Below, in pieces: positions 16,968 through 20,000 of a stretch of DNA of 20,000 bases. The stretch is from an uncultured virus (IMG/VR IMGVR_UViG_3300044729_003472). Lineage: Duplodnaviria; Heunggongvirae; Uroviricota; Caudoviricetes. Position 1 is the first letter of the stretch, and each line of letters starts with the position of its first letter. Position numbers and translations under genes: made by a program. The stretch lies in the IMG/VR virus record IMGVR_UViG_3300044729_003472; one strand, given 5' to 3'. The notes under the pieces were generated by a model, which saw only the letters and a list, made by a program, of their open reading frames with translations, was not told where the DNA came from and did no database searches.

Positions 16968-16992
16968 ATTGATATACAGGCTGTATATCAAT
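16968..16992. terminator. Perfect inverted repeat between convergent genes; putative bidirectional terminator or processing hairpin
   Basis: ATTGATATACAG-G-CTGTATATCAAT; 12-bp arms; overlaps the TGA stop of the lectin-like gene; no clear U-tract. Confidence 0.5.
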
Positions 16993-17713
16993 AACCAAAT
17001 CTTGTCTTGTATGCAGCATGCTCAGCCTGTATCTGAGCCAAGGTCAACTCACCGTTCCAAACTTTGACAAATCCCACATCCGCATCCACCTGTTCACTGA
17101 TGGTGGTGCTGTTGACAAATCTACCAAACAGTCGTAAACCGTTGAATCCGTCGTTGCCACTGCCTGTGCCGTTGGTACCTGTAGGTGCTGTGTTGGTAGC
17201 TATGTAGCTTTTGCTTCTAGTTGCACTCACAGTACCGGTACAAGTAAACCAAATAAAGCGCCAGGTAGTGTCTGCGGCAGTGGAACTAGAGCCAACAAAT
17301 GCACCTGCAAATGCAATGTCCATTCGTGCAGCTGGCGCACCCCACAATCCCATCAAAAAGTCTGGCGAAGCTGTGTTGGCATTGAGCAATCTACCGGCCG
17401 TGGTTCCGTTCCACTTGTAGGCCATGCCCACAGTGTAGGCTTGTGTGCTACTGGTAAAGTCAGGACCAAAAGTCATAAAATTATTAGTAGATGCTGTAGT
17501 CACTCTAAAAACGCCACCATTTGCACTGTTCCACGAAATCCTGGGTGTGGGATTTACCACAGTTATAGGATAAGCACCTGTGCCAGCTATGGTGCTGCCG
17601 TTAACTGGAACAGCTGAATAGTTGGCCGCATCTAAATCAAGTATCAAGCTAGGCCCCGAGGGCACAGGAGCCGCTCTCCAACTGGCCAAAGTTGACTGCA
17701 TCATACCGGTCAT
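16988..17713 (-). CDS. Concanavalin A-like lectin/LamG-domain protein, putative fibre-tip receptor-binding protein
   Basis: LILDLDAANYS...WNSANGGVF...VGFVKVWNGELTLAQIQAEHAAYKTRFGY matches the phage LamG-like pattern (LDA.N..S ... YN.AL...EI......K.RFG). ATGA overlap with the upstream fibre. Confidence 0.8.
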   Translation of the reverse strand: MTGMMQSTLASWRAAPVPSGPSLILDLDAANYSAVPVNGSTIAGTGAYPITVVNPTPRISWNSANGGVFRVTTASTNNFMTFGPDFTSSTQAYTVGMAYKWNGTTAGRLLNANTASPDFLMGLWGAPAARMDIAFAGAFVGSSSTAADTTWRFIWFTCTGTVSATRSKSYIATNTAPTGTNGTGSGNDGFNGLRLFGRFVNSTTISEQVDADVGFVKVWNGELTLAQIQAEHAAYKTRFGY

Positions 17714-20000
17714 ACCACTGTCCCGTCAATCATCCAAATATTGGCTTCCACATTTATCATTGTGGCCATGCCGTATGTGGTAACCACCCTGTTGGCCGAA
17801 GTTGCATTTCCTGCTAGGTACAGTGAAACTCCGGCGGCCGGCACAATTATAATGTTGGCAGTGCCACGATTTACCACACTGATTGCAGTGCCCACAGACC
17901 ACGACACTGAAGTATTGTTGGCAATGGTCAAGGCCAAGTTTGATGCACTGGTTGAATAATAATGTCTACCAGCGTCAGTGGCAGCAATGGTTGCGTTGGC
18001 TGCTAAACTGACTTGCGGTATATCTCTGTAGCCTACTGCTGTGCCAGCGCCATTGGGTACATTGCCCAGATCCATGTATAGGCCACGACTGTTACCACCA
18101 CCTTCAAAGAACCGCATGCCGTTTTGGAACACATCCTGAACTAGGCTGGTACTTAATACTGTGTTAGCTGGTGCCGGAAGAGCCCAAAAGATTTCAGCAC
18201 CCTCGTTGCCACCTGGAGCATTGTTTATAGTAATGTTGGCACCAGTAAAGCTGATGTTGCTGGTGATGTTACCAGTTACACTTAAATTACCACATGTGAT
18301 GTTACCTGTTCCACTAACACTCCCGGAACCAAACAACAAGTTACCAGCAGTGATGCTGCCTGTTGCTGTGATCAACCCACCTGTGATTATGTTACCGGCT
18401 GTGACGTTGCCTGTGGCACTGACTCTGGCAGTGTTTACCTGCTGAGTAATATTGGCCTGTCCTGACACTGCAAGATTTCCCAAAGTTCCCACTGTGGTAA
18501 TATTGGCCTGTGAGGTTGTGGTCAATGAGCCCGTGATGTTGGTGCCTGACAAATTACCGCCTGTGATGTTGCCTGTTCCACTGACCACCCCAGAACCAAA
18601 TAATAAGTTACCACCAGTAATATTGCCAGACCCCCCTACTGTACCAGTGCCAAATGCTACATTGCCATTGAAATTTGCGCCATTGACATTGCCGCCGGTT
18701 ATAGTGCCTGATCCAACAGTTAAATTACCACCTGTGATGTTACCAGCCACACTTATGGTATTGCCATAAGTGATTTCTTTTGATGTGTCATTGTAGAACA
18801 TGACCTGGGCCGTGTTGGCCACATCATTTCTAACAGGAGCCACTGTGAATGTGTTGGCTGTGGTTTGATTCAAGTTAGCGCCAGTAGCATTCAATATGAT
18901 TGAGTTGTTGCCTTGGTTGGTTACACCGGCACTTGCACCAATGGCCACGGCATACTGACCCTGTGTGCCTGCTCCAGCACTAGCTCCAATAGCCACCGAA
19001 TTGATGCGTTGATTGGCTGCCCCTGCACCGCCACCAATGGCCACTGCGGCATTGCCTTGAACAGTTGATCCAGCACCCGCACCAATGGCCACTGATTCTT
19101 CACCCTGTGTTTGTTGACCAGCACCGCCGCCAATGGCCACTGAAAATTGACCCTGGTCTTCTTGGCCAGCAAACAAACCAACGGCCACCGCCTGAGTCCC
19201 TTGTGAGTTATTACCAGCAAGGCCGCCAACGGCCACTGCATTGTCACCTTGTAAATTATAGCCAGCAAGGCCGCCAACGGCCACTGCACCAGAGCCTTGA
19301 TTGGTCGATCCAGCACTTTGGCCAATGGCCACAGCTTCATCACCTTGACTTCCAGTAAAGGTCAATGTTCCACTTGGGGTAAAACCAGCTGACGCTGATA
19401 TTTCTAATGTTGTTGAGTTGGTCACAGTGACCACAGTTATGTTTCCAAAGAATCCAGTACCGCTTATGATCATGCCTGGTCCAATGCCAGTGGTACTGAC
19501 AACTACCAGGGTGGTAGATGGAGATTCTGCACCCGAAACATAGTTGGTTGAAACACTGCCACCGGCTCCGGCTGTGTTGCCAATGGCCACTGAGTTGTTG
19601 CCTTGTCTGTTGTTGCCAGCATACGATCCAATGGCCACTGCTTCAATACCTTGTAAACTGAAGCCAGCATTTAGACCAAATGCCACTGAGTTGCCCACGG
19701 TGTCTTTGATCTTAACACCGCCCAGGGGCAAGGTTAATGCACCAGTTGAGCCAAAGTTCCATATATTGCCGACAATATTGCCATATCTATCACCTGTGAC
19801 TATGTTGACATTACCACCACCGTGGCTGATGCCGTTGTAGCCCACGCCTGCAGACAGGTACACATCACCGCCTGACACTGAACAGCCACCGGTATTACCG
19901 GCAGTGATGCGGAGATCAAAGCCTTTCTCACTGGCTTGGGTAGTTGCCGTCGAGATCTGGCCTGGCACGCCATTGGCTGCTGGAACAACTAATGTGCCAT
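17710..20000 (-). CDS. Tail fibre/adhesin with YadA-head-like repeats, 5'-truncated by the window edge
   Basis: Frame stays open upstream of the GTG at 19968 (GTLVVPAANGVPGQ...), so the true start is outside the window. Contains QG..AVAIG..AG... repeats, TGNITGGN repeats and a C-terminal GYRDIPQ...DAGRH...GTAI.VVN...G.AT......W.I.G domain common at phage fibre ends. Confidence 0.85.
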   Translation of the reverse strand, partial: GTLVVPAANGVPGQISTATTQASEKGFDLRITAGNTGGCSVSGGDVYLSAGVGYNGISHGGGNVNIVTGDRYGNIVGNIWNFGSTGALTLPLGGVKIKDTVGNSVAFGLNAGFSLQGIEAVAIGSYAGNNRQGNNSVAIGNTAGAGGSVSTNYVSGAESPSTTLVVVSTTGIGPGMIISGTGFFGNITVVTVTNSTTLEISASAGFTPSGTLTFTGSQGDEAVAIGQSAGSTNQGSGAVAVGGLAGYNLQGDNAVAVGGLAGNNSQGTQAVAVGLFAGQEDQGQFSVAIGGGAGQQTQGEESVAIGAGAGSTVQGNAAVAIGGGAGAANQRINSVAIGASAGAGTQGQYAVAIGASAGVTNQGNNSIILNATGANLNQTTANTFTVAPVRNDVANTAQVMFYNDTSKEITYGNTISVAGNITGGNLTVGSGTITGGNVNGANFNGNVAFGTGTVGGSGNITGGNLLFGSGVVSGTGNITGGNLSGTNITGSLTTTSQANITTVGTLGNLAVSGQANITQQVNTARVSATGNVTAGNIITGGLITATGSITAGNLLFGSGSVSGTGNITCGNLSVTGNITSNISFTGANITINNAPGGNEGAEIFWALPAPANTVLSTSLVQDVFQNGMRFFEGGGNSRGLYMDLGNVPNGAGTAVGYRDIPQVSLAANATIAATDAGRHYYSTSASNLALTIANNTSVSWSVGTAISVVNRGTANIIIVPAAGVSLYLAGNATSANRVVTTYGMATMINVEANIWMIDGTVV
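18880..19653 (-). repeat. 48-nt (16-aa) YadA-like coding repeats, 2 + 9 units plus cap, interrupted by an inserted ~70-aa domain
   Basis: QGIEAVAIGSYAGNNR, QGNNSVAIGNTAGAGG, [insert about 19348-19557], QGDEAVAIGQSAGSTN through QGQYAVAIGASAGVTN, then cap QGNNSIILNATG. Confidence 0.9.

Noticed and set aside
16971..16996. LexA/SOS box (CTGTATAT...)
   Set aside because: Half-sites are in the wrong order (TATACAG-G-CTGTATA); no CTGT-N8-ACAG is present.
1150..19653. CRISPR-like array suggested by 48-51-nt periodicity
   Set aside because: Repeats are degenerate, in-frame coding units varying at third codon positions, with no constant repeat and unique spacer structure.
912..19840. Numerous plus-strand ORFs of 60-340 aa rich in LPVAV/MLPP or polyproline
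   Set aside because: Antisense shadows of the repetitive Gly/Asn/Thr-rich minus-strand genes; no RBS or family motifs, and fully overlapped by better-supported genes.
19966..19968. GTG start for the 752-aa ORF
   Set aside because: The frame remains open to position 20000, so the gene most likely starts outside the window.
17710..20000. Bacterial trimeric autotransporter or filamentous haemagglutinin locus
   Set aside because: No C-terminal beta-barrel anchor or secretion partner; the neighbours (S74 chaperone, gp38-like, gp9/gp10-like) indicate a phage tail module.

Overview
Virion structural (tail fibre and receptor-binding) region of a large tailed dsDNA phage with T4-like features, probably an uncultured aquatic lineage (inference from protein motifs and TAAATA late-promoter-like boxes). 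All credible genes but one are on the minus strand. In transcription order (right to left): a 5'-truncated fibre with YadA-like 16-aa repeats, a ConA/LamG-like lectin, the single plus-strand gene (TPR + GT9-like glycosyltransferase), an 'MGRPL' protein behind a structured 5' leader, a Maf/MptE-like protein, a 1410-aa fibre ending in a peptidase S74 intramolecular chaperone, two tandem gp38-like glycine-rich adhesins, a 71-aa orphan, a 2193-aa fibre with a T4 gp9/gp10-like N-terminus, a 111-aa 'MANTFK' protein, and a 3'-truncated structural gene absent from the ORF track. The most notable observations are: two glycosyltransferase-like genes embedded among N-x-S/T-rich fibres (candidate virion glycosylation system), two alternative adhesin tips behind one fibre, a multi-hairpin leader RNA with overlapping divergent promoters, a hairpin that sequesters an RBS, and a CPIGKW gene relic. 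Family calls come from motif recognition by eye; no searches were run.
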